A DNA stretch of 64,000 nucleotides. Origin: Paraspadella gotoi (lineage: Eukaryota; Animalia; Chaetognatha). How positions within the stretch are numbered: position 1 is the stretch's first letter; every line of letters starts with the position of its first letter. This document shows positions 38,230 through 52,248 of the stretch, in pieces. The stretch lies in the NCBI GenBank assembly GCA_051294375.1, contig CM119268.1:22396709-22460708 (forward strand), in the 5' to 3' direction. A program made the position numbers and the translations under genes. The notes beneath the pieces are model-generated. The model searched no databases, was not told where the DNA came from, and saw only the letters and a list, made by a program, of their open reading frames with translations.

Positions 38230-38900
38230 CAGAGATCTAATAGACCTCTGAAAATACAATTGATTTGGCTTTCTCTGATTTCTCCCATCTTCTTCAGTAA
38301 ATTGAATTTCAGATTCTGGCCTAACTTGATTCTCCCTTCTTCTTCAATAAATGAATTGGATTCTCCTACTGATTTTCTCCATCTTCTTTCAGATAAATTG
38401 AATTGGATTCTTTCTACTGATTTCTCCCATTCTTCTTTCAGATAAATTTAATCGGATGCTCCTCCTGATTCTCCCATCTTTCTTCAGATAAAAATTGAAT
38501 TTCTTCTCCTCTCTGATTTCTCGCCAATCTATATATTCAGAATAAATTTGTTCGGATTGCATTTTATCCTATTGATTTTCTCCTTTCTTCTTCAGATAAT
38601 TGAATGGATTTCTCCTACTGATTTCTCCCATCTTTCTTTCCATTTGTATAATATTTTGTAATTTCGATTTTCCTCTTTCTTTTATTTCTTCCCATGCTTC
38701 TTCAGATTAAATTGAATTCGTTTCATCCTCCTGATTTTTTCCATCTTCTTCAGATTTAATTAAGTAATCCTCGCCCCTTCTCTCCTGTTTCTCCCATTAT
38801 TCTTACAGATAAATTTTGTTCGATTCTTGCCTCCTGATTTCTCCCATTCTTCTTCAATAAATTTGAATTTCGATTTCTTCTCTCTTGATGTATCTTCCCA
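38230..38900. repeat. Degenerate ~45-bp tandem repeat (TCTCCCATCTTCTTCAGATAAATTGAATT.GATT.TCCT.CTGATT), possibly coding on the minus strand
   Basis: More than ten recurring CCCATCTTCTTCAGATAAATT-like units. Confidence 0.75.
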
Positions 38901-40013
38901 TCTTCTTCAGTATGAGCCTTTCGAATCGCGAACCCGACCCGTGTTCTAACCGTCCCAGAAGTACGACGTCTCTGACCGCTTCTCTCGACTTCGGGTGACG
39001 ACGGAAGAGGCTGTGAGAGTCTTCTAGAGGTGACGATAATCCTCGCTCGGACTCGGTCGGCAAAAGTCCAGTCGGTTCGTCGACGCACGGAACGGCGGAA
39101 GCCAGAACCTCCTTCCTCCTCCTCTTCGTCTATCCTCAAAAAACTCAGCTTGAACCTAAGGTCGACTTGCGTTGAATCTATATCGCCGCTTTGCTTCTGA
39201 CCGCGGCGCCGGCGTCCGCCGTCCCACATCAGATCCGCCCCCACCTTCACCCGGCGTCGTTTGCGCGCCACTACGATCACCTTTCGCGGGCGAGGGTACG
39301 AGCGTTTTCGAAGCCGTTCTCTTCCTCTTCTCCTCTGTCGCTCGGAATGTCGCGATACTTCGACGACAACGACGACGCGACGATCGGGGGCCTTTCGTCC
39401 TTCCTGCATCTTCGTCATGAAGAAAAGACGACGGCCGCTGCCGCTGCCACCACCGTCCTCTGCCGAAGTCTCCGCCGGAGTCGTTGTCTCTTGCTGGCCA
39501 CTTGCCTGCTATCTCAAACAAGGGTTGCAAATGCTGTGGACCTTGCGGATGGCGAGCAACGTCTTTCAGGGTCGTTGCGACCGGCTCTCGACGGGGCCGT
39601 AGGAAGCGGTGGTTGGACTGAGCAAGACTGCATCCTTCACAGCCCGCAGACGCCAACGAGTCTGATTTCAAATATGAACGTCTCCGTCTTTCTCTACCAC
39701 TTCCTGCCAAATATGGAAGTGAGACATGAAGCAGCCAACCTCACCAAAGGTAAGGCCTCGTCCTGTGAAAGGATCTTCATAGTTTGGACAAACCTCGAAT
39801 CCTAATTCTGACACTGCAGAAATTTTAAAGGACAGGAAATAATTATGTTTATGTGGAATAATAATTCTTAAAATTTCTCAATAATTTCAACAAATATCTG
39901 AATCATTTGATAAACTTTCATAAAACCAGTAAACCATTTTATTGATAGGTAAGCCAAGTACTCTGGGAGTAAATAAATTAGACAGTGANNNNNNNNNNNN
40001 NNNNNNNNNNNNN

Positions 40014-41284
40014 TTCGCTGAATCCAGTTGATCTGATTGCGTGTTCGTACTGGATACATCGCGGAGGCAAGAGTCTTCATTAAGTCTATAGTAAGGTAAA
40101 TATAATATTAATTTTAAAATAAGCAAATTCTCAGTCAGTCTGTGGGTGTAATTTTATCCCCAATATTCGATTAAAGAGGTTTCAGGACGGGCGTGTTAAA
40201 ATTAAACTATTTTCCACTACAAATGCGGAATGCTAAATACTAAAAAGAATGCCACAATTCCCCCCAACCTGTATCAGTCGTATGATGTTCGTCTACCAGA
40301 TTTGCCTTCAGGTCTACAATCTTAGTTCGGCGCGACGCGCTCAGAGTCGATTCTTGAAATGCTTCGTCTCATTCGTAGACTCGTCGCGTGCTCTCTCTGG
40401 AACGTTCGCCTCCGTAAGGAAACTTGTCGAACATTTATGGGTAAATAAATGTCGACTGGAAGCACTTGGTTCGTTTTCGTGAGGAGGTTTTGAACGCTGG
40501 TAAAAGGGATTTGAAATAAGAGTAGAAAGTTCAAATCAGGGTCAGATATAGCTTGTTTTTGGAATGAAAAATATTTGTGATATAGTTATTATAGTTTTTT
40601 TTAACTAACTTTATTATTCTATATTGGACAATTCGTTTAACTTACCTCGAGAGTAAGTACGTAAGCCATCGCCCAAACCGAAAGGGCCTGGTTGACAACG
40701 TGTTTAAGTAATATGTGGTTCCTCTTGCAATAATAGTTTGATCTGGCGGAAAAGTTAATTCGGGTTCTAGGTTTAGGTTGATTTATATCAATAAAAGTAA
40801 AAGCAGAATTAGACAGTAGATACTCAACCGTCCCAAATAAAGTACTCCCACGTTGACGGTCCCTCCCTTAAATTGCAAAATAATTTCTCAAATTCGTCGA
40901 AATCCTTTTCAAAATGGAACATCGTTCCTCTAAGATGAGGACTGAGAGAGAGAGAGAGAGAGAGGAGAGATGCTGAGAGAGAGACAAGAAGAGAAGAGAG
41001 AGAGAGAGAGAATTGATTAATTAATATCATCCTCATAATGTCGATTAAACTGGAAAGATAGGAAGAGATAAATTAAACAAAGCTGATTAACATTATTGCA
41101 CATTGCCATTGCACCCCTTTTGTATCCTTTTTAGCGACATCTTTCCAAATGTTTATGTGCCACAAAAGCAGCCGATTATCTCCATAAACGCTCTTCCTGT
41201 TGGGAATTCTCCCGTAATCTTCCAATAACTTGATTCCCAAGTCAGACACTAAGAATAAAGATAATAAATTTTTAGTTCTCTTCA

Positions 41285-41354
<70 letters not shown>

Positions 41355-44300
41355 TCTTTTCACGAAGCTTCTTTTTGATTTCTTTTTTTCCCTTTTTCTT
41401 TCTTGTAATCTTTCAATCTTTTTATTTCTTTATTTCTTTTTTAGTTATTCTTTCTATTTCCCCCCTATCTCTCTCTCGCTCTTCCTCTCTCTCTACATCA
41501 TTCCACCATTCCAATCACACACCCCCCATCTTCTACATCAACCAATCCTCAATTGCTTATCCTTCAACATCTCTCCCAATCGAAATGCCTCGACTGTACA
41601 TGCAGCTCACCCCATCTTCTCCATCTTAAACATCATTTCCTCATCTTTCCTGTGGTCGTCGCTTCAAGTTATGATGTAGACGCGATCCAACCCGAGGGTG
41701 TCGCGAAGGAGGTGGAGGTGGGGTTCAGGTGGATGGGGGAGGCGTAAGGACCGTCCAAAAGTTTTCTTGGAGGAAACTCGTCGTAGCGTCTTTCTTTGAG
41801 ATTCAGAGAGAGAGAAGAGAGACGATGAGAAGAAAGAGAGAGAAGAGAGACGAGAGAGAGATGAGAGAGGATCAACTTTCGATTTAATAAATGATTTGTA
41901 TTTACAGGTAATGTAAGATGAGTGTTCCTTTTATACAATTAAAAGAGTTAACTCAATTTCATCTTTTCCAACTTTATTAATAGGAAGCCAGTACTGTACT
42001 GAAAGAGAGTCTTGATGAAAGTTGCAAGGCTAACCCAGATAGCCTATCCATTTAGGCCGGAACAGTTGAAAACTAAAGTTCTCTCAAATAAATAATATAA
42101 AGTACGGTTAGAGAATATGAAAATAAAAATAATTTAAAATAACCAATCTCTCTCTTCGATTAATAATTGCGCACGGAAGCATTTAAAAGATTATTTTTAC
42201 TATAAAAGTTTAAAAATTTTTTTTGAATTTTTCAATTTTTTTAATGGATGTCTGATAGAGCTTAAAAAGTTAGATAAGGTTATTAATACAAATTTTAAAA
42301 TTTTTTGTTTTATTGATAAAAAATGTTAAAAAACTATAAAATTCAGTCCAATGAGTGATATGGAATGAAGATTTTTAACGTTTTTTCTGTTTTTTAACCA
42401 ATTTCTTGTCAAAATTTTAAAAAATTTAGTACTAACTTTCATTTAACTTTCCAGCTCTTATAGGAATCCGTCTAAAAACAAATTTTTAAAAAAAAAAATT
42501 TTTTGTCATTTGTTATATATAATAAATATTTAAAATCTTCAGTGCAACAAAACCCAATGAACTAATTTCAAAAAGTATGCATTGAAAATCGATGATAATA
42601 GAAGGAAAAAGGAATTTGAGAGAATAAAAAAGTTAAAAATGTTTCAATTTTGGCCGCCTTACTATACCATTGCCAAAGTCAGGGGCAATATTATACTTAT
42701 TAATTCAAATGAAAGGAAAAATTGTTTATATTGTTTACCAATTTAATTAGCATAGAATTTTTGACTTTCTCAAAAGAATTTATTAAAATGATACTGAATT
42801 CAAAAGAAAGTTTTAGTTAAGGTTTTTACTTTCCACTTGGGGTGGATAATCATTTTTCCTCAGTCAAGTGAACGACGGGCTAGAGACTATTAATATTTTT
42901 TAAGCCTTATGGTTTTTATATAGCCAAAAAGTGCTTATATAGTCAGGTATAACCGAACTAAATGGTAATTAATTCTAATTGAAAGAAGAAAGATGTTAGA
43001 TAAGGTTATGTAATTGATTTCTGGCTTATGAAAACAAATCAAGCCATCCACCTGCAAGGAATCTTCTTTGTGATTTGCCAAGGACTTCGCCAAAATATCC
43101 TTCGTTGGTGACCCACGGGCCAAGATTGAGTTGTCCCCTTGCTGTTTGTAGTTAAGCAGATTTAACATCATCTGCGGAAGAAACAATTTAACTTTAGTGG
43201 AATTAATTCAGACCAGAAAATTTCCCTTTTTTTCCAGGAATTGTACATCATAGATACAATTGTAAAAACCCCAAAATTTACTTCATTTCCCAAATATCTC
43301 TTATTTGTGCATCCTATTTTTCTGGAATAAAACATAGAAACTGGACTAAATTTCAATCTATTTTCCACAATTTTATCCTATTCTAAGCCTCTTTTTTTAG
43401 CTTTTATTTTTAGTGCTATTACTGCAATTAGTCTGCTCAATGCTCATTTATCATTTGAATGTCAAATGTTTCTTTTATAGTTTATCGTTTATCTTTTATC
43501 GTTTTAACTTCAATGTTGCATTTTATTCAGACGAGAGGAGAGAGAAGAGTGGTGTGTGTGTCTCACCTTAGACACTTGCTTTTAAACGAACAATTCTTTC
43601 GACCTCTCGACATCAACCAGAAATTGCGAATGCGTACGACCGGGAACTTGAAACGCCGACTTTTTTCGCCTCACGATGTCCACATAATCCTCGGCTGCGG
43701 CTGGAGAAGGAAATGGTTCTGCTGTAAAGGTAGCCTAGGAGATCGATGATTTGTGTTTTAATACGATATAAAATAAGGTTGTCCATTTATGGCTCCCCAG
43801 AAATTGAGAGTAGAGATTTTTCCGCATCGGAGATGGTCGCAGCAACGGGCGCGATTATAGGCTTGTTGTATGATCATCAACTTAAAGAACTGATGAAAAG
43901 GATGAGTGATTAAGACGGCAGAACAAAGAGATAATAAGAACAGAGTGCAGATCACTAATCAAGTCAACTTTAATATGGCAATTGTTATATACATACTGAA
44001 TTTTGCAGTTAAAAGATAAGTCCGGTAACCAACAATAAACAACCCTATAATATATATGAAATTAATGTGTGAGATTTTCATTTTCATTTTTACCAACCCC
44101 GGAAGAACTTCGAATGAGATATCGGAATCTGGATAAAAGACAAAATCGATCCCTTTTGTCTTCGCAAATGCAGCGCCTCTTACCGATATGAATGACGATC
44201 GAGTATCTTAAGGAAACAAGAACGATCAAAATATGTGTTTTATAATAAAAATATAACATGTAATTGATTCCAAAAAATTTCCACTGCGATTATATCAACA

Positions 44301-45344
44301 GCAATTAAAGTTATCAGATAAATTAATCTTCAGCGAATGCAAAACTCAAATTAAGATTATCCATAAACATTAAACATTAAACAATAAAACAATAACAAAT
44401 TATTGAACAAACCGTTCGTCCGTTCCAATGATTAAGTCCGTCTTCGGCCTCGTATCCTTTGGGACGTCTCATCCACGACTGAGTGACCTTGGCGCGTAAT
44501 AAGGCTTCACTTTCTTTAGCCACTCGTTCATCAATCTGTGGAATTTAATGTTAAGAATTTAAAGGTTTGACGTGAAATTTGACTTTTTGTCCATGTATGA
44601 ATGAAGCATCCAATGATAAATACTTTACAGGAAGTTTAACAGAAGTTTAAATATAAGTAAAACAGACAAATAAAACAAAAAGACCGACCCGACCAAAAAA
44701 TTACTTAGAGCTAAGATTCGCGAGCAAACGCACGATAAACATATTGATGATGTTTTTTATAATAGTATTAACTAGACTCAGAGTGAGTCTGATGAAAGCT
44801 TCAGATCCCTGCCATGTAGTATTCTTTACCATCTATGTCCAAAGTCAGAAGGTCTAAGTGAGACTCTAACTTTGATTATTGATATATGGATAATTTTAAT
44901 AAAATGTTTGTACCAATTCTTAGTATGCGACATTTTAAACAAGACAGGGATTAGCAATAAACCCTAATCTCTTACGTTAACCCAATCCCTACCTGATCCC
45001 GTTAACCAGATTCCCCTGACCCTTCTCGATCCTTTTCCCTACTTGCTGAGTACGCACGCTGTGGTCGCATTGACGAAGAGCTCGTCCTTGCTCTCGGATG
45101 TTGAAGAGAGTCGAGCCTCCGAGGAAGCTGGGGAGGGTGTGGCCTTTGTTGCGACGAATGACAGAGGACGGAGGGAGAGAGGAGGAGGGAAGAGGAGCGA
45201 AGGGATGGTCAACGGGAATTTCCTCGGCAAAGTCTTTGGCGTTGTTGTTGTCGCTGTCGTTGCCAAAATGCAGTCCGTGCCCTAAGAATGCGTCGTCAAT
45301 GCTAACCGAGCGAAAGCGGAGACGGGTTCGACTAACACGCTCAT
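40014..45344 (-). pseudogene. COLGALT: Third, noisy copy of COLGALT paralog A (likely a redundant haplotype or read)
   Basis: Colinear with 19710-24459; ATG at 45342-44; many indels. Confidence 0.7.
42052..42665. mobile_element. ~610-bp MITE-like insertion, absent from the other paralog A copies
   Basis: Interrupts GCCTATCCAT|TGCCCAAAGTC, which is intact at ~21755; homologous to 53225-53800 in the opposite orientation. Confidence 0.75.
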
Positions 45345-46599
45345 CGTTTCGCTGGATTTTAATCATGTGGTTTTAGTTTAGAAACTGAAAAGGATTAATT
45401 TAAGTATAATTAATTATTTAAATTAAAATTTGTCGAGAGGAAAACAGATGTAAGGTAAGGTATTGATTACTTAGACTAAAGTTTTGCAAATTAGGCAACC
45501 TTTTTGAGCTGAAATTTATGTTATGTATAAAAGACAAAAACTAGTAACATACAGAATCACAGAAATCCCAATATTAAATCCGAGTACATATGTGACATAT
45601 GTGACATATGTCTTGTCGGACCTAAAAATTAAATGAAAATTAAAAAAAAAAAACCAAATGAAGAAATTCGGTAGGTCAACAATCGATCGTCGGTTCCAAG
45701 TTCTGCGAAGAAAAAACAGGTTTGGAGAGAGAGAGAGAGAGAAGGAGAGAGAAGAGAGAGAGATGAGAGAGAGAGACGAGATGAGCAGAGAAGAGAGGAG
45801 AGAGAGAGAGAGGAGAGAGAGAGAGAAAGCGATCGAGAAGGAGACGAAGAGAGAGAGAGAGAGAGAATAAGAGAGAGAGAAAAGGACGAGAAGAGAGAGA
45901 GAGAGACAGAGGAGAGAGGAGAGAGGAGAGAGATGAGAGATGAGAGAGCAATATCATCTTAACTTGCAAACGTTACAAATTATGTTAAAATCATTACTAG
46001 CATGAAGACTAATTTTGCTCTTTAAAAATCACAAGATTGTAAATAACCTTTTTTAGCTTAATCTATATATTTTTTAATTCTTATCTTTTTTTCTCGGTCT
46101 CCTGAATAGAATCCGGTTTCTTTATTAGAACTGGAATGACTACAAATCGGGAAAATAGGAATCCTTAAAATCCCTAATTGATAACCATGTAACTTCTAAA
46201 TAACTTCTTCTTTAAATACTAGTGGCTAAATCTTATCCGAGTCAACACCAAACTGCTATGTATATGTAAATTGTACACAAATACTATAAGAACAACTTCC
46301 TTATTCGATGACCTCTATTGACCCCGAACCGGACCAATTCTAACCGACACCCGCCCCCACAGCAAAGACGACACCACCGAACACTCCTCCGTCTCTCGCG
46401 TGGCGCCAACACTTTCGGCAAGGGCCGCGTCATTGCTAGACTGATACTTATCCAGTTTTTATCAAATAAATTGAAGTCAAGTAATAAAGTACTAAAGACT
46501 TTAGACTTAGTGATCTTAGAAATGAAGATCAATCGAGATTATTGAAAAAAAAAACGCCTCCCGAAATGTTTTTTATAACAATTAATTAAAATTAACCCG

Positions 46600-49500
46600 A
46601 AGAGAGAAAGATTAATTAATTTATAAAGTTCATGCGTGACTTTTTTGAAAATAAGGAAGTGTCACAATCCTAATGATTGCGAGAAACGAGAGAAAATTAG
46701 ACACTATTTTTTACCGAATTGTTTGATGACGATTTCTGTCAATAAATGAGTCGACTTGGTTGCTGAAGCAGAGTTAGTTGGATCGAATTGTTAAATAAAT
46801 AATTAATTCAATTACTAAACAATAAATTAATCAATACCATTTAAGAGGAACGTGAACAGAGATCAAATTTGACCATTTGTCCGCTCGCTCATTGACAATA
46901 AATCATCAATCCTATTATACGCCAATAGATTATAAAAAAAAATCAATAATCAAATAGTTCATTTACCCACAAAATCGTCCCTACCCTACACCCCTCTCTA
47001 ACTTAATTCTTAAGTAAGACTTAACAAACTGTATCGGTGACGAATGATCATCCTCCCACCTTTTGTTCCGGCCGACAAATCTGAGTTCGGCCGGACGGCA
47101 CCCAATGTCGCTCTTGAATTTCACTTCGTCCCATTCGTAACGCGTGTTCAATTTTTTTCCGGGAAAATTCGCCCTCGTAGGGAAACTTGTCGTACATTAT
47201 GGGTAAGTAAATGTCGACTGTACGAGTTTGGTAGTTGGTTGCCGGGCCAGAGCTTTTCTGCGCTAAGATGGGAATTAGAACATGATTAATAAAATATATC
47301 TAAAGTAATCAATATTTTTTAAACCTCAAAATGTAGTATAAGATGCAAGTTGCTCCACAAAGAAGTCCCAGTCTCACAATGTTTGCTCCGTAAGTTTGTC
47401 AATTTTCCGAGAAATGATCGTTATATTTCCTGAAATCAATCATTTTTTGTAACAAAGATATTATATTAATGAGCAACAATTCTAATAATCTAACTCTTAC
47501 CTTCCAAAATATGAGTACATCATATATTATTGTTTTCCTCTTCAATTGCTGACAAAATCGTCTCAGTTTTCTCTAAACCCAATATCATAATTCCACGTAC
47601 GTCTTCCAAATGGAGACCTTATTTAAATTAAGCAATAAGAATTTAATTTATTTTATTTATTTATTAGTAATTTCAAACCCTAACCTTCATATTTATTCTC
47701 TACCCACTTCCTGCCAAATATTGAAGGAGACATGAAGCAGCCAACCTCACCAAAGGTAAGGCTCTCCTCGTGAAAGGATCTCATAGTTGGACATAACTCA
47801 ATCCTAATTCTGACACTGTAGAAATTTTAAAGGACAGGAAAATAATTATGTTAGTGGAAAATAATTTCATAAATTTCGCAAATTTCAACAACATATCTGA
47901 TCATTGATAAACTTCATTAAAAACCAGTCTAACCATTTATTGATGGTAAGCCCAAGTCCTCCTGCGGAGTTAATAAATTAGAAGTGGGGTGATTTCTTCG
48001 TTAAAACTCTTCAAGGATCTTCTTTATGTTATTATCTGGGATGGAGGGATGTAGAGTCTACCTCGTTCTTAGAGATCGAGAAGACTTGTTTTCAATGGAA
48101 TTTTTGTTCAAATCTGATATCCAAAACAATATAAACGTTCCTGGTAAAAAATTCTGGTAAATATCATGTAAAAACACTTGTCGATCCTGTTGCATCTGAA
48201 GGGCTCGCATTTTTTTTCCTTGTCAATCATAACATCTGATATCAAACAAGCCAGAACAAATTAGACTGCTTCTGACGGAAAAATTTTTCGCATCTCTGAT
48301 TTTATATAGAAAGGAAAGGATTTTTTTCCTGAAAACGACATAAACGTGACTGAGGTATTGTATCCTGTTCAACAAATAAGTCCAATTTTGTTGAATTCTT
48401 GGCAAAAAGTGTCTGAAGGGCTCTCAAAAATTTTTCTTTACATTTTATTAGTATTGTGATTATTGATACGAGTCATGGTAAAAGTGAATATAGTCCATTT
48501 TGGTGAAATTTTTATTTAAAGTTAAAAAAGTAAAAGAGGACTTAACGATCGAATTCTAAGAGTTGTTCACCGGAGTCAGATTAGGATAAAATCTCTATGG
48601 CGAAAATCTTCCAAAGAAGTTGTGGTGAATTTTCCGAAGATTTTGGTTATATTTTCTATATTTATAGTCGGATGTTTTTGGAAACTTAATATTAACAATA
48701 TTGCCATCATTCTACCTGGCCGTTATAAGAATATATGTAAGAAAACCTCGGGCTTTGTTCGTCAGAGCTTATGTCCTAGGAGAAGGAGGGAGGCCGGTGA
48801 AAAACCACCATAACCTGACCAAAGTCAGGACATGAATGCTAAATTCTATAAAAAGTTTGGACATTTCATTTTCAACTTTAGCTTAATTTCTATTTTCTGT
48901 CCTTGAACATCTCACTCTCAAGCTCTTAACATCACTCTCTATTCAAACTCACTCTTCTCCTCATCCAGCATCTTCCCATCAACTGCCTCGACTACATCAG
49001 CCTCGATCCCCATCTTCTCCATCNNNNNNNNNNNNNNNNNNNNNNNNNNNNNNNNNNNNNNNNNNNNNNNNNNNNNNNNNNNNNNNNNNNNNNNNNNNNN
49101 NNNNNNNNNNNNNNNNNNNNNNNNNNNNNNNNNNNNNNNNNNNNNNNNNNNNNNNNNNNNNNNNNNNNNNNNNNNNNNNNNNNNNNNNGCGATCCAACCC
49201 GAGGGTGTCGCGAGGAGGTGGAGGTGGGAGGGTCAGGTGGTTGGAGTGAGGGGGGAGGGGGCGATCCCAAAAATCGTCGAGGAGAAATTGATTGAAGGAA
49301 TCTTTTAGAGTCTGAAGATGGAGAGAAAATATAGATTTAAAGTTTAAATCATACTATTTATAATTTTTTTAAAAATATTGGCTATTGTGGTCATTGCACG
49401 ATGCACCTTTAATAAAATATTGTCATCATCCTCACCACAAAAGCCGAATGATTTTTCGGATATCTCTAGCTCATTTGCATATTGTAGCATTAAAGATTAT

Positions 49501-51350
49501 GTCTCTTAAATTTTTCATTCGGTTTTCTTAAATGTTTGGTATGATCAATTCGCCGTTACTTTTAAAAATCATTCATAATCAATTCGTTATCCTTACTACA
49601 AAACTCCCAAATTGCCACAACCACCATTTTAATTTATTAGTCCCTAACCTCCAAAGAAGACTGGACTTCGTCCGGAAATGGGACACGACCGAAAAACTCT
49701 TCGTTCGAGACCCAAGGGGGAAGATTGAGGCGACGAGCATTGTAGTTGAAAGAGATGAGATCGTCTGAAGTGAAAGAGATTAGGAAAGAAAGACAGAAAG
49801 ATAGCTAGACAGTGCAATACGAACCATTAGAAACGTCGCTCTTAAACGATAATTCTTTCGACCTCTCGACATCAACCAGAAATGCTGAATGGACGACGGA
49901 ACTGAAAGACGCCGATTTTGTTTCGCCTCACGATGTCCACATAATCCTCGCTGCGGCTGGAAAGTGAAATTAGAGGAAAATGAAAAGACAAGAACTTTTA
50001 CTTGTTCAATCCGAGAATATGTATTTTTCATCTTTTTAAATGAGTTTTCTTAATATACGTAACACCAACAGACAGACAGACCGAAAGGATCTCATTTTAT
50101 GAAATTAAAAATTGGAAGAAAAATTAAGAAGGAAGAAAAGAATATTGTAAGAAACCTGGAAGAAAATGCTGCGGAGATACTAATTACTAGGACTTGAATC
50201 ATTGGTCTATCTTTACGAATTTACAGCATAATGACATAATGTACTTCTTATTTTCACACAATAAATCTCGATTTAACATTAAAATGAACTTTCGCAATCT
50301 CACCGATAGTAAAATCTTTCGTCGAAATCGCCCCAGAAATTCGAGTAAAGTGACCAACGTGAAGGTGAGGCTGTCAGAAGCGGAGCAATCACTGCCTTTC
50401 GATGTGAAATCAGCTTCGTCAATACTGAAGGGAAAATATTAAAATAAATTATAAATAATATTATTATCGGACGCTCGATTTAATGATAAACAACAGACAA
50501 TTTAACCGGATGGATTTCGTACGATGACATCGGAATCGAGATAAAAGACGAAATTGATTCCCTTTTGTCTCGCAAATTCCAGCGCCGCCTCGCGATGAAC
50601 CGTGATCGTTGAAAATCTATGGATGTTGACAAAAGACAGATTGTAAAATTAAACTGTTTATTATAACATTTACATTAGAATGGACTGTGACAGTTTATTA
50701 TGTTATTATCTTGTAAAAGGGATGGAGGTCTTAAAACTCCATAAGCCATAGCCTGTCTTAAGCTAAGGAGCTTCACAGAGCTTAGACTTTCACTTGCATA
50801 ATATAACAGTAATACAAACAACCAATTAATCCCAATGAGACATTGCAAAGCAGACCTCTCTTCGGTCCAGTCATTGAGCCCTCGCTCTCCGATGTAACCC
50901 TTTGGCGAATCATCCACGATCGCATTGACCTCAGCGTAGAATTGAGACACATGCTTCAACCATTGATTTAATAGATCTGCAATACCGTGAAGTTAAGGTT
51001 GTATGTACAATAGTACAATGTACGTAAAACTATGAGTTCCTACTATTCAAGCTCCTTTCCTCCGGCGACCTACTTGTGGAGTCGTCGACGCTGTGGTCGC
51101 ATCTGACGAAGAGGCTCGTCCTTGCTCTCGGATGTTGAAGAGAGTCGAGGCCTCCGAGGAAGTGGGGGAGGGTGTGGCCTTTGTTGCGGACGAGGATGAC
51201 GAGGAGGACGGAAGGAGGAGGAGGAGGAGTGGAGGATGCGACGGACTCTCCTTTGGACATTTTCGTCTTTCGCGACAAAAGTCAGAATCGGCGTCCACAG
51301 AAAAAGTCAAGAATATTGTGTGATGGACCATTCATGGCTCCTGTTTCGTT
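46600..51350 (-). CDS. COLGALT: Procollagen galactosyltransferase paralog B (multi-exon; indel errors; N-terminus uncertain)
   Basis: PPPPSVLLVILVRNKGHTLPHFLGG; WLKHVSQFYAEVNAIVDDSPKGYIGERGLNDWTEER; REAALEFARQKGINFVFYLDSDV (DxD motif); introns differ from paralog A. Confidence 0.8.
48050..48790. mobile_element. ~740-bp insertion of unknown type in a COLGALT B intron
   Basis: Flanks are contiguous in the copy at ~31520-31545 (GGGATGGAGG|CCTAAAACCACCAT). Confidence 0.55.
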
Positions 51351-52248
51351 CATGGCGGGACGCTTCCTCAAGTGACCATGTAAGATCAAAGAAATTGTAT
51401 TCGTTACACTTAAGACAAAAAATTACTTCTTAAGGAGTTGATAAAGAGTTGAAAAATAATGGTTTGAAGTTTCGTGCGTGTCGTAGCGGGACTGAGAAAC
51501 CGGTTTAAACAGGCAACAGTCCGAAAAAGCCATTAGCTACTAAATTCGTTGCGAGATATTATACCTTTTTTCAAATTAGTTTCGCTTATCAAAATTGTGT
51601 TTCTTGTGTTACGCTAATAGGTTAATTAAAAGAATATATTTTGGTCAACCTTAAAGACTAATGCAAAAGTAGTTAGTACTCAGCTTTGGTTAGCTTAGTT
51701 TAGCCTTGAATCTTAATTATGGTCAACCTTTCCTTTTTCATGCGCAAAATAAGAAAATGAGCAATGATGAAACTAATATTTATTTCAATTTGACGTCAAA
51801 AACGGTAAAATAATGAAGTTACAAATGAGGTTTACAAGACAACAAAGAATTTTACATTTCGTAGTCTCTCATTGTTAGTGCGATAATGAATTAATGATAC
51901 CGATCGGGGAGTTTTTTTTAAAAATTCCTTAAAAGCAACCAAAAATGTTACAATAAATAACTTTGTACGAGAGTTGTTTGCTAATTACTAATTAGGAGTT
52001 AATCCAGGGATCAAAATCTATAAATTTATAACAATAATCAATAAAACCAAGAGTAAAACGTAAAAAATAAAGGAGTGGTGACTTAAATAAATATCAAATG
52101 GCAAAAAGTCATAAAAAAGACGAAGTTAGACAAGTTTTCCTTAAATAATACGTAATTTCATGTAAAAATTCTTTTCTTTGCCATGCTATCAACGACTAAT
52201 AACAAGTGAAGCAGCAAGCAAAGTTTTCCAAGTCAAAGCATACTAGTT

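Noticed and set aside
38230-38900. Regularly spaced repeats resembling a CRISPR array
   Set aside because: Eukaryotic context, no unique spacers and no cas genes; a plain degenerate tandem repeat.
24600-49200. Apparent large COLGALT gene array (5 or more copies, some inverted)
   Set aside because: Extra copies match in introns too and differ mostly by homopolymer-type indels. They are bounded by 25-N gaps, and one is an exact mirror. Best explained as redundant haplotype or gap-fill sequence; only two real paralogs are supported.
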